A DNA stretch of 64,000 nt from Wujia sp. (GCA_045531735.1 JAZSEO010000008.1:19896-83895); one strand, 5' to 3'. Counted from the first letter of the stretch, positions 9,734 through 18,465 are shown. Numbers and translations: made by a program. The notes: generated by a model from the letters alone, not told the origin.

Positions 9734-10335
9734 CTGTTTCTTCTTTGTTTAACACTTACATACGAAGACAAATCCTTACATAGATTTGTTATCTCTAGCC
9801 CATATATAAGCATATCCTCATGCTCTTCTACTCTAACAACACGTCCGACTAAATCAAGCGTATAGCCCAAGTCTTCAAATTTGACAGGAACCTTTTCTCC
9901 GATATCAAATTTTAACTCTTTTTTTCTGTCTGTTATAGAAAATCCCGATAGACTAACATCTCTAACCATTACCGTCGATGCACCTTTACCCATAACACGA
10001 AGCTGAGCTCTCATAGAAACACCTACTCTAAAACAGCCTCTTCTGTTATGTCGCACTCCGTCAACTGTCGTCTGCACCACATAATCAGACTTATATTGAG
10101 CAACTCTTACTTCCCTCCAAAGTACGGGAACATCCTCATCCTGACCAAATTCTAAATCTATCTTAACTCCATCAAAATTAAGCCTTTTACCTGACGGATG
10201 GTCTATGGAAATAAGAGCCATATCGTCTCGTGCTATCTTTATTATATTGGCATCAAGGGCTATAGTATTATCGTCTTTGCTGACAATAAGAGCAATAGCA
10301 CTTCCCTCTTCAAGCTCTGATAGCTTAATACCCAT
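9724..10335 (-). CDS. PilZ-domain (c-di-GMP receptor) protein
   Basis: RxxxR motif (NRRGCFRV) followed by D/NxSxxG (DVSLSGFS). 203 aa, a YcgR-like two-domain size. Confidence 0.8.
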   Translation of the reverse strand: MGIKLSELEEGSAIALIVSKDDNTIALDANIIKIARDDMALISIDHPSGKRLNFDGVKIDLEFGQDEDVPVLWREVRVAQYKSDYVVQTTVDGVRHNRRGCFRVGVSMRAQLRVMGKGASTVMVRDVSLSGFSITDRKKELKFDIGEKVPVKFEDLGYTLDLVGRVVRVEEHEDMLIYGLEITNLCKDLSSYVSVKQRRNRQR

Positions 10336-10473
10336 AAGACCACCTCACTTTGTGTTTGATATATATCTATAATACCATATATAGAGAAAATATCCTATGA
10401 ATAAATTGTAAATAATTACGAATTTGGAAAGTTTTTTCAGCCATTTGCATATATAGCACAGTAAATAAGAAAA

Positions 10474-10482
10474 TGGTATAAT
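10474..10482 (+). promoter_or_regulatory. extended -10 promoter element (TGgTATAAT)
   Basis: TGGTATAAT on the + strand, about 335 nt upstream of the RhuM ATG. No other + strand gene lies in between. Confidence 0.4.
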
Positions 10483-10505
10483 AGATTAAATAGATTTAAT
10501 TGTTG

Positions 10506-10690
10506 GTGGGTCTATGGTAAAAAAGTTGTCTACAGTACCCACATATTTTTTAAAATATGGGTCTACAGAAAAAGAAAATTTCTATAGACCCACGAGCATG
10601 AAAAATGTCATGATTCTTCATTAAATTTTAGAAATAATGGGGTCTTGCGATGTACTTTTTCTATATATACCCACGAGCCGTGTAGACAAG
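10506..10690. repeat. cluster of short direct/inverted repeats (iteron- or operator-like)
   Basis: TGGGTCTAT(10507), TTGTCTACAG(10526), TGGGTCTACAG(10558), its inverted partner CTATAGACCCA(10582), and TGTAGACAA(10681). CTATA..ACCCACGAGC occurs twice (10582..10597 and 10661..10678). Confidence 0.75.
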
Positions 10691-10817
10691 TAGGCTGACA
10701 GTCAACAGAAGAATTGAAAGCAACAGAAAATTTGAAGTTTCACCTGAGTTATATTGAATTATTATCAATAATGTGATAGTATAAAAGAACAAATGTTCCG
10801 TGGGTGAGGTGTATGAT

Positions 10818-11795
10818 ATGGATTCAGAATTAATTTTATATACAACCGAAGATGGTGTTACAAAGGTTAATGTCACATTTGTAGACGAAACGGTTTGGTT
10901 GACGCAGGAGCAAATGGCAGATTTGTTTCAAAAATCCAAATCAACAATTAACGAACATATAAAAAATATATATTCAGATGGTGAACTTAATGAGAACAGT
11001 ACTATGAGAAAATTCGGAAATTCCGAATTTTCTACGAAACCTACAAATTACTATAATTTGGATATGATAATTTCAGTAGGATATCGCGTTAGGTCGCAAC
11101 GAGGGGTGCAATTTCGAATATGGGCCTCCGGAATACTAAAGGAATATATGCGAAAAGGTTTTGCTATGGATGACCAGCGGTTAAAAGAACTGGGTGGTGG
11201 CGGATACTTTAAAGAGTTACTTGAACGTATTAGAGATATTCGTGCTTCCGAAAAAGTTTTTTATCGTCAAATTCTGGAAATTTATGCTACCAGTATTGAT
11301 TATGACCCTACAGCAGAGGAATCTATTCGATTTTTTAAAAAGGTACAGAATAAAATTCACTATGCTATATCAGGTGAAACAGCCGCAGAGGTCATTTATC
11401 ATAGAGTTAATGCTGAAAAAGAGTTTATGGGATTGATGAGTTTTTCAGGAGAACACCCGACTTTAAAGGAAGCGAAGATAGCAAAAAATTATCTTAATGA
11501 GAAAGAATTACGTGCTATGGGACAACTCGTTTCAGGTTATTTGGATTTTGCTGAGAGACAGGCAGAACGTGAAATATCAATGACTATGGAAGATTGGGCA
11601 GAGCATCTTGATAGAATATTAGTTTCTACGGGAGAGCAATTGTTAGAAGGAAATGGTTCAATATCACATATACAAGCTATGAACAAAGCTGAAACGGAGT
11701 ATAAGAAATATAAGCAAAAGACTATCAGTTCTGTCGAGAGAGAATATCTGGATACCATTAAAAAGATACAGAAAGATATGAAAAATCAACTTTGA
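10818..11795 (+). CDS. RhuM-family (virulence protein RhuM-like) protein
   Basis: The N-terminus ILYTTEDGVTKVNVTFVDETVWLTQEQMADLF...STINEHIKNIY and YNLDMIISVGYRVRSQRGVQFRIWA match my memory of the RhuM family. ATG at 10818 behind GGTGAGG. Confidence 0.8.
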   Translation: MDSELILYTTEDGVTKVNVTFVDETVWLTQEQMADLFQKSKSTINEHIKNIYSDGELNENSTMRKFGNSEFSTKPTNYYNLDMIISVGYRVRSQRGVQFRIWASGILKEYMRKGFAMDDQRLKELGGGGYFKELLERIRDIRASEKVFYRQILEIYATSIDYDPTAEESIRFFKKVQNKIHYAISGETAAEVIYHRVNAEKEFMGLMSFSGEHPTLKEAKIAKNYLNEKELRAMGQLVSGYLDFAERQAEREISMTMEDWAEHLDRILVSTGEQLLEGNGSISHIQAMNKAETEYKKYKQKTISSVEREYLDTIKKIQKDMKNQL

Positions 11796-12316
11796 AGTTG
11801 TTAGGAGGGGTTAATCTGGAAGAAAAATATCAAGTGAAATTATCTGTACTATTGGAGTCGGTGGTATATTGTTCTGATGTTGAATCGGATGGATATTATG
11901 TTGTAAAGGGTACCAATGAAATAATAACATATGGAGAAGATTTATCAGATGAGTATATTATGGAGGATGAAGTTTGGGCTTTTTTGGAATCAAATGAGTG
12001 TCTGCAATTGCCTACCCTACATGATATAGACAATTTTACACCTGACTGGAACCGAGATATAACATTAAAATATATTGATGTGATGATATCGGATGTGAAA
12101 CAAAAGAAACTCCTAACCAAAGCGTATAAGTCCATATTGGGCAATCGTATTCTGCCTGCATTTCCAGGAAGTACAAAGTTCAACAAGGAACTTGGTAAAC
12201 TTAGACGTATGGAGGAATGGAATCAGTTTATAGGGAAAGCGTATAAGGCTCATCAATTGGAATTTGTTACAACATGGTGTCAAGAACATAACGTGGAAAT
12301 CATTTTTGACGTATAA
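11792..12316 (+). CDS. small hypothetical protein, possibly UPF0158-like; start uncertain
   Basis: The frame overlaps the RhuM stop (TTGA). A strong SD AGGAGGGG (11803..11810) is followed 6 nt later only by an in-frame CTG (11816). The C-terminal pattern KFNKELGKLRRMEEWNQF...TTWCQEHNVEI recalls UPF0158 from memory. Confidence 0.55.
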   Translation: MKLLGGVNLEEKYQVKLSVLLESVVYCSDVESDGYYVVKGTNEIITYGEDLSDEYIMEDEVWAFLESNECLQLPTLHDIDNFTPDWNRDITLKYIDVMISDVKQKKLLTKAYKSILGNRILPAFPGSTKFNKELGKLRRMEEWNQFIGKAYKAHQLEFVTTWCQEHNVEIIFDV

Positions 12317-12432
12317 CTTTCAGTCTCGCGGTGAGATTGGAAGCACGCATGAATTTGAAGTAATGCATGAGCCATGCCGACACATCGCACCCTTATGGGC
12401 GCTCAGTGGACGGCTGACGCCGTATAACAAAA

Positions 12433-12484
12433 ATAATAGACATACCCTTTGGTGAGCAAGCCCCCTCGGGTATGTCTATTATTT
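12433..12484. terminator. bidirectional intrinsic terminator
   Basis: 16-bp perfect stem AATAATAGACATACCC/GGGTATGTCTATTATT with a 20-nt loop. T-rich on the + side and A-rich before it. It sits between the islet and convergent rubrerythrin. Confidence 0.75.
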
Positions 12485-12503
12485 TTATTGCATGGCTTGT
12501 AGC

Positions 12504-13046
12504 TTAGCCGAAGTATCTCTTAAGAAGTCCCTCAAATGCCTTACCGTGTCTAGCCTCGTCTCTAGCCATCTCATGCACTGTGTCATGGATTGCGTCAAGG
12601 TTGAGTTCCTTAGCTCTCTTAGCAAGGTCTACCTTACCTTCTGTTGCACCATTCTCAGCAGCTACTCTAAGCTCAAGGTTTTTCTTTGTGCTATTAGTTA
12701 CTACTTCTCCTAAAAGCTCTGCGAACTTAGCAGCATGTTCTGCCTCTTCCCAAGCAGCTTTCTCGTAATATAAACCAATCTCAGGATAACCTTCTCTATG
12801 AGCTACTCTAGCCATCGCAAGGTACATACCAACCTCTGTACACTCGCCTTCATAGTTTGCTCTAAGATCCATTAAAATATCTTCTCTGACACCCTGAGCT
12901 ACACCTACTACATGCTCTGCTGCCCATGAAAGCTCACCTTCCTGCTTATTAAACTTATCTGAAGTAACTTTACATACTGGACAAACCTCTGGAGCTTCAT
13001 CTCCTTCGTGAACATAACCACATACTGAACATACATATTTTGCCAT
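12504..13046 (-). CDS. rbr: reverse rubrerythrin (N-terminal rubredoxin-like domain plus ferritin-like diiron domain)
   Basis: N-terminal CSVCGY...CPVC rubredoxin motif, then a four-helix diiron region with E..EAEH pairs ([16 protein letters not shown]). 180 aa. Confidence 0.88.
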   Translation of the reverse strand: MAKYVCSVCGYVHEGDEAPEVCPVCKVTSDKFNKQEGELSWAAEHVVGVAQGVREDILMDLRANYEGECTEVGMYLAMARVAHREGYPEIGLYYEKAAWEEAEHAAKFAELLGEVVTNSTKKNLELRVAAENGATEGKVDLAKRAKELNLDAIHDTVHEMARDEARHGKAFEGLLKRYFG

Positions 13047-13079
13047 AATCTTAATCTCCTTTTCTCTCTTGTTTTTAAT

Positions 13080-13098
13080 AATAGTAATGATTACTATT
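13080..13098. promoter_or_regulatory. perfect 9-1-9 palindrome, Fur/PerR-box-like operator
   Basis: AATAGTAAT-G-ATTACTATT. The core TAGTAATgATTACTA resembles the 7-1-7 PerR/Fur box TTATAATnATTATAA. It sits just downstream of the predicted -10 of the rubrerythrin promoter. Confidence 0.55.
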
Positions 13099-13110
13099 TT
13101 CTATGTGTTT

Positions 13111-13139
13111 AATATAACACATCATTTTTTATATGTCAA
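13111..13139 (-). promoter_or_regulatory. sigma-A promoter of reverse rubrerythrin
   Basis: On the reverse strand: TTGACA (13139..13134), a 17-nt spacer, then TATATT (13116..13111). Confidence 0.6.
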
Positions 13140-13225
13140 ACATTTTTTGATAATTTTTTTCAATCATAATATTTTTAAATTTATATATTTTAGAGCGTCG
13201 ATACTTATATATAAAGTTTATAGCG

Positions 13226-13312
13226 AAAATGCAACACTAAAATGTAATATAACAGTTTGCATAAAAACATATAATATGCAAACTGTTATATTATATTTAA
13301 GGGTTGCATTTT
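13226..13312 (-). terminator. long compound hairpin downstream of murF (likely terminator)
   Basis: Inner 19-bp perfect stem TAATATAACAGTTTGCATA/TATGCAAACTGTTATATTA, plus an outer 10-bp stem AAAATGCAAC/GTTGCATTTT. Confidence 0.55.
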
Positions 13313-13329
13313 ATTGTATGCACTCAGTA

Positions 13330-14694
13330 TTATCCACGCATGTTGTTTACTATCTCATTTAGATGCATACCATTAGAGCCTTTGATAAGCACTATGTCAT
13401 CTGGTTGCATAATTGATAATAAATATAAAGATACTTCACCGTTATCGTTAAAAGTGTAACAGTCTATATTACTTTCAGAGTCTTTAACGCCTCTAACAAT
13501 ATGTGTAGAAAGTTCTCCCACTGCAACTAACTCATCAATATCTTTATCCGCAAGGAATTTACCAACCTCATAATGATATTCCTCGCTATTATCACCAAGC
13601 TCGAACATATCTCCTAAAACAGCTATCTTTCTTCCTGTTGTCTCAAGCTCTGATAATACATTAATACTTGCCTTCATAGAGTCGGGGCTTGCATTATATG
13701 TATCATCTATAATAGTATACTTACCTGGAATATTTATAAGCTTTTGTCTTAAACCTTGAAAGCTCTCAAAGCCTTTTGCCGCTTTAGTCAAATCATAACC
13801 CATGTAATCTGCTATAGCCATACCGACAAGCGAATTACCCACATTATGTCTGCCCAATGCATTTAAGCGAACTGTAACACGTTTCTCACCGTGTACATAA
13901 TCATAGACATATTGATAATTCTCCATATGAATATTTTCTGCTCTGTAATCACACCAGTCCTCAGTTCCATAATAAAATGTATTAACTGTGGTTTTTCCTT
14001 TTAGCTCAGCCAACATTTTATCATCTCCGTTAAGAAATAATACACCATTTCTATTCATAGAATTAGTGATTGCAAGTTTTTCTCTTCGAATATTCTCCTG
14101 CGTTTTTAAATATTCTATATGTGCAACTCCAATTACAGTAACTACACAAATATCTGGACGAACCATGTTGGACAAAATATCCATCTGACCTTCTTCACTC
14201 ATACCCATCTCTAATACAGCTACTTCAGCTGTTTCAGTCATACGTGTTAGAGTTATAGGAACACCTATCTGAGAATTAAAATTTCCTTCGGTTTGATATA
14301 CATCAGCACAGCTAGATAATGCAGTGTAAATCATCTCTCTTGTAGTAGTTTTTCCCACACTACCTGTAACACCAACTATAGGTATATCGAATTTATTTCT
14401 AATATATATAGCTATATCCTGAAGTGCCTTAACTGTATCTGAAACCTGAATATATGGTTTATCTGCTATTACAACACCCGAATGCTCAGATGTGAGTGTT
14501 GCTGCACCAATCTCAAGAGCACTCTCAATAAATCTGTGGGCATCTACCTTTTCTCCTATTATAGGTACAAATAAGTCGCCCTCTTTTATCTCTTTAGAAT
14601 TTATACATATGTCTTTTATCTCTACCTGTGCATTTCCACAGAGTAAACGTCCACCGGTAGCTTTTATTATATCTCTTACTCTTATTTCGAACAC
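13330..14694 (-). CDS. murF: UDP-N-acetylmuramoyl-tripeptide--D-alanyl-D-alanine ligase
   Basis: Mur-ligase P-loop GVTGSVGKTTT and typical MurF length (454 aa) and layout. Confidence 0.92.
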   Translation of the reverse strand: MFEIRVRDIIKATGGRLLCGNAQVEIKDICINSKEIKEGDLFVPIIGEKVDAHRFIESALEIGAATLTSEHSGVVIADKPYIQVSDTVKALQDIAIYIRNKFDIPIVGVTGSVGKTTTREMIYTALSSCADVYQTEGNFNSQIGVPITLTRMTETAEVAVLEMGMSEEGQMDILSNMVRPDICVVTVIGVAHIEYLKTQENIRREKLAITNSMNRNGVLFLNGDDKMLAELKGKTTVNTFYYGTEDWCDYRAENIHMENYQYVYDYVHGEKRVTVRLNALGRHNVGNSLVGMAIADYMGYDLTKAAKGFESFQGLRQKLINIPGKYTIIDDTYNASPDSMKASINVLSELETTGRKIAVLGDMFELGDNSEEYHYEVGKFLADKDIDELVAVGELSTHIVRGVKDSESNIDCYTFNDNGEVSLYLLSIMQPDDIVLIKGSNGMHLNEIVNNMRG

Positions 14695-14706
14695 TTCTAT
14701 CTCCTT

Positions 14707-15261
14707 TTATTCCCTGCCTACCGTATATACTATTTTACTCGCTAACTCGTTTGCTGTTACATCATCCTTTAATACTTCTATTATTGCGAGAGCAAAATCA
14801 ATAGCAGTTCCAAGTCCTCTGCTTGTTATAAAATGGTCATCTCGAACCACATTATCCTCTAAGGCTGTAGCGTCAACCAAACCTTCCTCCATACCCGGAT
14901 AGCAGGTAGCATGTCTTCCTTTAAGCATACCAAGCTCACCAAATACTGTAGGCGCTGCACATATTGCAGCCAAATATTTTCCCTTTTTGTCATATTCTTT
15001 AAGAAGCTCTACCAAACCCTGATGGGCCTTGAGGTTAAGTGTTCCTGGCATTCCTCCAGGAAGAATAAGCATATCTGCTTCATCTATCTCTTCAAAAAGC
15101 TTGTCCATCTTAATTGCTATTCCATGTGCTCCTGTAACCTCTCTCTCTCCTGTCACAGAAACCATATTTATTTCAATTCCTTCTCTTCTAAGCAAATCAA
15201 CAACTGTTAAAGCTTCAACCTCTTCATATCCTGTTGCAAAAAACATATTAACCTTACTCAT
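14707..15261 (-). CDS. DJ-1/PfpI family protein
   Basis: Nucleophile elbow AAICAAP, 184 aa. Confidence 0.85.
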   Translation of the reverse strand: MSKVNMFFATGYEEVEALTVVDLLRREGIEINMVSVTGEREVTGAHGIAIKMDKLFEEIDEADMLILPGGMPGTLNLKAHQGLVELLKEYDKKGKYLAAICAAPTVFGELGMLKGRHATCYPGMEEGLVDATALEDNVVRDDHFITSRGLGTAIDFALAIIEVLKDDVTANELASKIVYTVGRE

Positions 15262-15403
15262 GAAGCTACCTCCTATGAAATCTTATATTAATATACGAAT
15301 AAAATCTAAAACTGTTTTATTAAAAACAAATTTAGTATATAATATATTGGTAAAATCTTCAAGGCATGAAAGCCCTATTATTTATTAAGATTGGAGAAAA
15401 AAT

Positions 15404-15898
15404 ATGGAAATAGAGAGAAAGTTTCTTTTAAATAATTTACCTGCTAATCTTGACACCTACACTAAGCTAGATTTAGAACAAGCATATATATCAACAGAGC
15501 CTGTAATTCGTATAAGAAAAAAAGCTACCTCTGCTGAAACCCGATATGTACTAACAGTTAAATCTACAGGTCTTATGACACGTCAAGAGTTCGAGCTAGA
15601 TATAGACAAAAGTTCTTACGAAAATCTACTCAAAAAATCAGAGGGCAATATTATTTCAAAATCACGTTATATTATTCCTTTAGATAATTCTTTAAAGCTG
15701 GAGTTGGATATATTCCATGATAAATTCGAAGGACTTGTAATGGGTGAAATAGAATTTCCAGACGAGGAATCAGCAAAAAAATATACCTCTCCGGAATATC
15801 TATCCGAAGAGGTAACCTTTGACACACGTTTTCATAACAGCACTATGAGCAATATGTCTGATTCAGATATATCAGACCTGATTTCTTCTATTCATTAA
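15404..15898 (+). CDS. CYTH-domain protein (triphosphate tunnel metalloenzyme)
   Basis: N-terminal EIERKFLL signature with alternating charged beta strands. 164 aa. Confidence 0.8.
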   Translation: MEIERKFLLNNLPANLDTYTKLDLEQAYISTEPVIRIRKKATSAETRYVLTVKSTGLMTRQEFELDIDKSSYENLLKKSEGNIISKSRYIIPLDNSLKLELDIFHDKFEGLVMGEIEFPDEESAKKYTSPEYLSEEVTFDTRFHNSTMSNMSDSDISDLISSIH

Positions 15899-16663
15899 TA
15901 CAACTGCCTTGGTTATAAAATGTATAGATATAAAAACAGTAATAATACTAACAATAAAAGAATCCAAAAGTCCCGCTGCATTATTAAAATTAGATATCAG
16001 CATACCAAGGCTTTCTCCATAAAAACATAATTGAAATACCTGACCATTAGTCATACCTAAATTCAACTGATGATTTACTGAATTTATCAAAAAACTTAGA
16101 ACTAATGCAAAGAAAGCATATTTTATAAAGTATGATACCGATAAGATTACAAACATTATAATAATACCAATATATATACCCGGAATTGCAGACTCTAGCA
16201 TTTGATTATTAAAGCCTTCCGGAAGATTCATTGTAAATGTGCTTTCGTTATATATTTCATGATTGTATACATATACATTTCTTACATACATACTTCCAAC
16301 AGCCCAATAGAAGCCATCTTCCTGAAATAAACTATCTGGGATACTTGCAAAATCTGTATCAATAAGTATATGTGTTCTATCACCAAATAAAATATAGGTA
16401 CTATCTAAACATACATCTACATTTTCTTCCACATGAAGGATTCCGTTTGTTGCACTAACCTCTCCCATTCTTTTGTTAAATAAATTTGTAAATCCATTAA
16501 ACTCTGATATCTCAGTTCCAACTGGTACTAGAAACGTCATAACTCCCAGAAATAAGCATATTACTATAGCAAACGCAACAAATCTGCTGGTTTTTAATTT
16601 TATTAATTCTTTATATTCTGACGGTTTAGTTAATGCATATACAATTTGTTCTGAAAATGACAT
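15872..16663 (-). CDS. DUF1189-like integral membrane protein
   Basis: N-terminus ...TKPSEYKELIKLKTSRFVAFAIV..., one early TM helix, an extracytoplasmic segment, then a C-terminal block of TM helices. Its SD AAGGAG lies in the last codons of the upstream gene. Its 3' end overlaps the convergent CYTH gene by 27 nt. Confidence 0.55.
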   Translation of the reverse strand: MSFSEQIVYALTKPSEYKELIKLKTSRFVAFAIVICLFLGVMTFLVPVGTEISEFNGFTNLFNKRMGEVSATNGILHVEENVDVCLDSTYILFGDRTHILIDTDFASIPDSLFQEDGFYWAVGSMYVRNVYVYNHEIYNESTFTMNLPEGFNNQMLESAIPGIYIGIIIMFVILSVSYFIKYAFFALVLSFLINSVNHQLNLGMTNGQVFQLCFYGESLGMLISNFNNAAGLLDSFIVSIITVFISIHFITKAVVLMNRRNQV

Positions 16664-16668
16664 ATTTA

Positions 16669-18462
16669 TTACTCCTTAATTATATAACCATCCTTCGGAA
16701 TTTTCACTGTCACAATTGTTCCTTTTTCCGGTTTATTATTTATTTCAATAGTAGCATCACACATTGATTTTAAACGTTTCTTTATCTCTTTATATGAATA
16801 CTTCTTTTCAAATTTTTTATCCGGACCAGGACCATACCCATTATCAACTAGCTGTATTGCATAACAATCTAATCTCTCATAACTCCTGACAACTATTCTT
16901 CCCTCTTTCGATTCTTTTGCAATTATTCTGTTAAAAGCATTTTCAACCAAAGGTTCGATAGTGTTAAATGGAACAGCAAAATTAATTACCTTATCCTCTA
17001 TTGAACTCTCTATTTTGGGATAGTTTCTTCTCTGCATTCCCAAATAAGCTTTAATATATTCAAGTTCCTCAGAAAAAGACACCATTTTTTTATTTGTTAC
17101 AGCCTGCATATTATATCTCATATACATAGTTGTATCATAAATCATACGACTATTTTCTTTGTCTTCTGTTTTCAGAGCGTTAACTACATTATTTAAAGAC
17201 GAATATATGAGCTTAGTATTTATCATCTTGACTGCATTAGTTTTCTCTACTTCTATATTAGAAAGAGCATCCTCTTTTTCCTGGTTCATTTCTTTTATAA
17301 TATTTTTTTCAACTGCTACAACGAGAAGAATCATAAATATTATAACACCAACTTGAAGAACAACTCCATCATAGGCATTGTAGAAATTAAAAATTGATAA
17401 TATTGCTTCTAATAAGCAAGCTACTGTAAGAATAGAGTTTGCCCAAAAATTACTGTAAATGGTTTTATCTGAATAAGTATCTGCAGCGAGATACATAATA
17501 CCTGACAGCAAGATAAGCCCTAGTGTTATAAGTATTTTTGTAAATACCATGTAGGTTGCAAAATCAACAACCGACAAGAACTGAAATACTACTCCTGTCA
17601 AAAAATTCACCGCAAATACATATATACCTATTTCAAATATTTTTGCATATCTTCTTTTTACAGCAAAGCATCTCTGATACATAATGTAAAGCACAGGCAT
17701 TATAAGCAACAGTACCATATTGGTCATATACGTACCAAAGGTATTATTTATAAATAACTGCATTATAGGACTTGATGTGATACTCCACAAAGCCACTGTA
17801 AAAATAAAACCAAACGCATATGCTGATTTTCTTTTATCAACATTTACATTTCTCATAAATATTAACGAAAATGACAATATAATTGTTATGACAAGAACTG
17901 TGACAGATATCAAAAACGCTATACTGTTATCCTTAAATATATCAGCGACTACGTCACCCTTTGATCCATAATAAATTCCACTCAATTTACCACTATATTT
18001 ATTATATGCAGAGGCATAATATATAGCAATTATATCACCTGCTTCAGCTTCTCCAAGTTCGACAACATTATAACAAGGAACAACATTTTTCATCATCTTC
18101 TGGTCATTTAATACACCATTTGAATAAATAATCTGTTCATTAAGCATGACTACTACATTCTGAAACTCCGTCTTGAACGCAATAACAGAATCCTTGCTTA
18201 CATCCTCCGGAACCGTATTCATAATTACCACTATATCATCTTTCGAAGCATCAACCTTTTCAGGCAAAGTCAATATTTTGTCTTTGCCACCATCATAAGG
18301 CTTTAGCACCCATCCTTCGTTGTAGGTTTCAAGATGATTACTATCTATACGATTCTGATTGTCTGGTGAAAAAACAAATATAAACATTAATGCAGAGATA
18401 ATACCTGCAAACACAGCAATTAAAACCAGAATATTTAATTGTCTAATTTTTCTTTCATTCAT
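16669..18462 (-). CDS. multi-TM sensor with a LytS/YesM-type kinase core whose H-box histidine is replaced (kinase-like)
   Basis: N-terminal TM helix, a ~150-aa extracytoplasmic part, ~7 hydrophobic helices, then the DHp-like segment KMINTKLIYSSLNNV. This aligns to QINPHFLYNTLNSI. HATPase N box (LVENAF) and G box (VDNGYGPG) are present. Confidence 0.75.
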   Translation of the reverse strand: MNERKIRQLNILVLIAVFAGIISALMFIFVFSPDNQNRIDSNHLETYNEGWVLKPYDGGKDKILTLPEKVDASKDDIVVIMNTVPEDVSKDSVIAFKTEFQNVVVMLNEQIIYSNGVLNDQKMMKNVVPCYNVVELGEAEAGDIIAIYYASAYNKYSGKLSGIYYGSKGDVVADIFKDNSIAFLISVTVLVITIILSFSLIFMRNVNVDKRKSAYAFGFIFTVALWSITSSPIMQLFINNTFGTYMTNMVLLLIMPVLYIMYQRCFAVKRRYAKIFEIGIYVFAVNFLTGVVFQFLSVVDFATYMVFTKILITLGLILLSGIMYLAADTYSDKTIYSNFWANSILTVACLLEAILSIFNFYNAYDGVVLQVGVIIFMILLVVAVEKNIIKEMNQEKEDALSNIEVEKTNAVKMINTKLIYSSLNNVVNALKTEDKENSRMIYDTTMYMRYNMQAVTNKKMVSFSEELEYIKAYLGMQRRNYPKIESSIEDKVINFAVPFNTIEPLVENAFNRIIAKESKEGRIVVRSYERLDCYAIQLVDNGYGPGPDKKFEKKYSYKEIKKRLKSMCDATIEINNKPEKGTIVTVKIPKDGYIIKE

Positions 18463-18465
18463 TAA

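Noticed and set aside
10514-10624. Possible 36-codon ORF (MVKKLSTVPTYFLKYGSTEKENFYRPTSMKNVMILH) in the RhuM leader, with a GGTGGG SD-like sequence
   Set aside because: The sequence is made largely of the DNA repeats, which are better explained as binding sites or RNA structure. There is no peptide-family resemblance. It is kept only as a note inside the leader finding.
10506-10690. Considered whether the short repeats form a CRISPR array or an att site
   Set aside because: The repeats are only 9-16 nt long, irregularly spaced and in mixed orientation. There are no cas genes. No integrase and no matching direct repeat at the other islet boundary could be found.
12264-12713. Track ORFs 12264..12455 and 12492..12713 (+)
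   Set aside because: The first merely reads through the islet's 3' non-coding GC-rich stretch. The second is antisense to rubrerythrin. Neither has an SD or recognisable motifs.
13069-13362. 97-aa + strand ORF spanning the rubrerythrin-murF intergenic region
   Set aside because: It runs through a promoter, an operator palindrome and an 87-nt terminator hairpin. Its composition is extreme (I/F/Y/N) and there is no SD.
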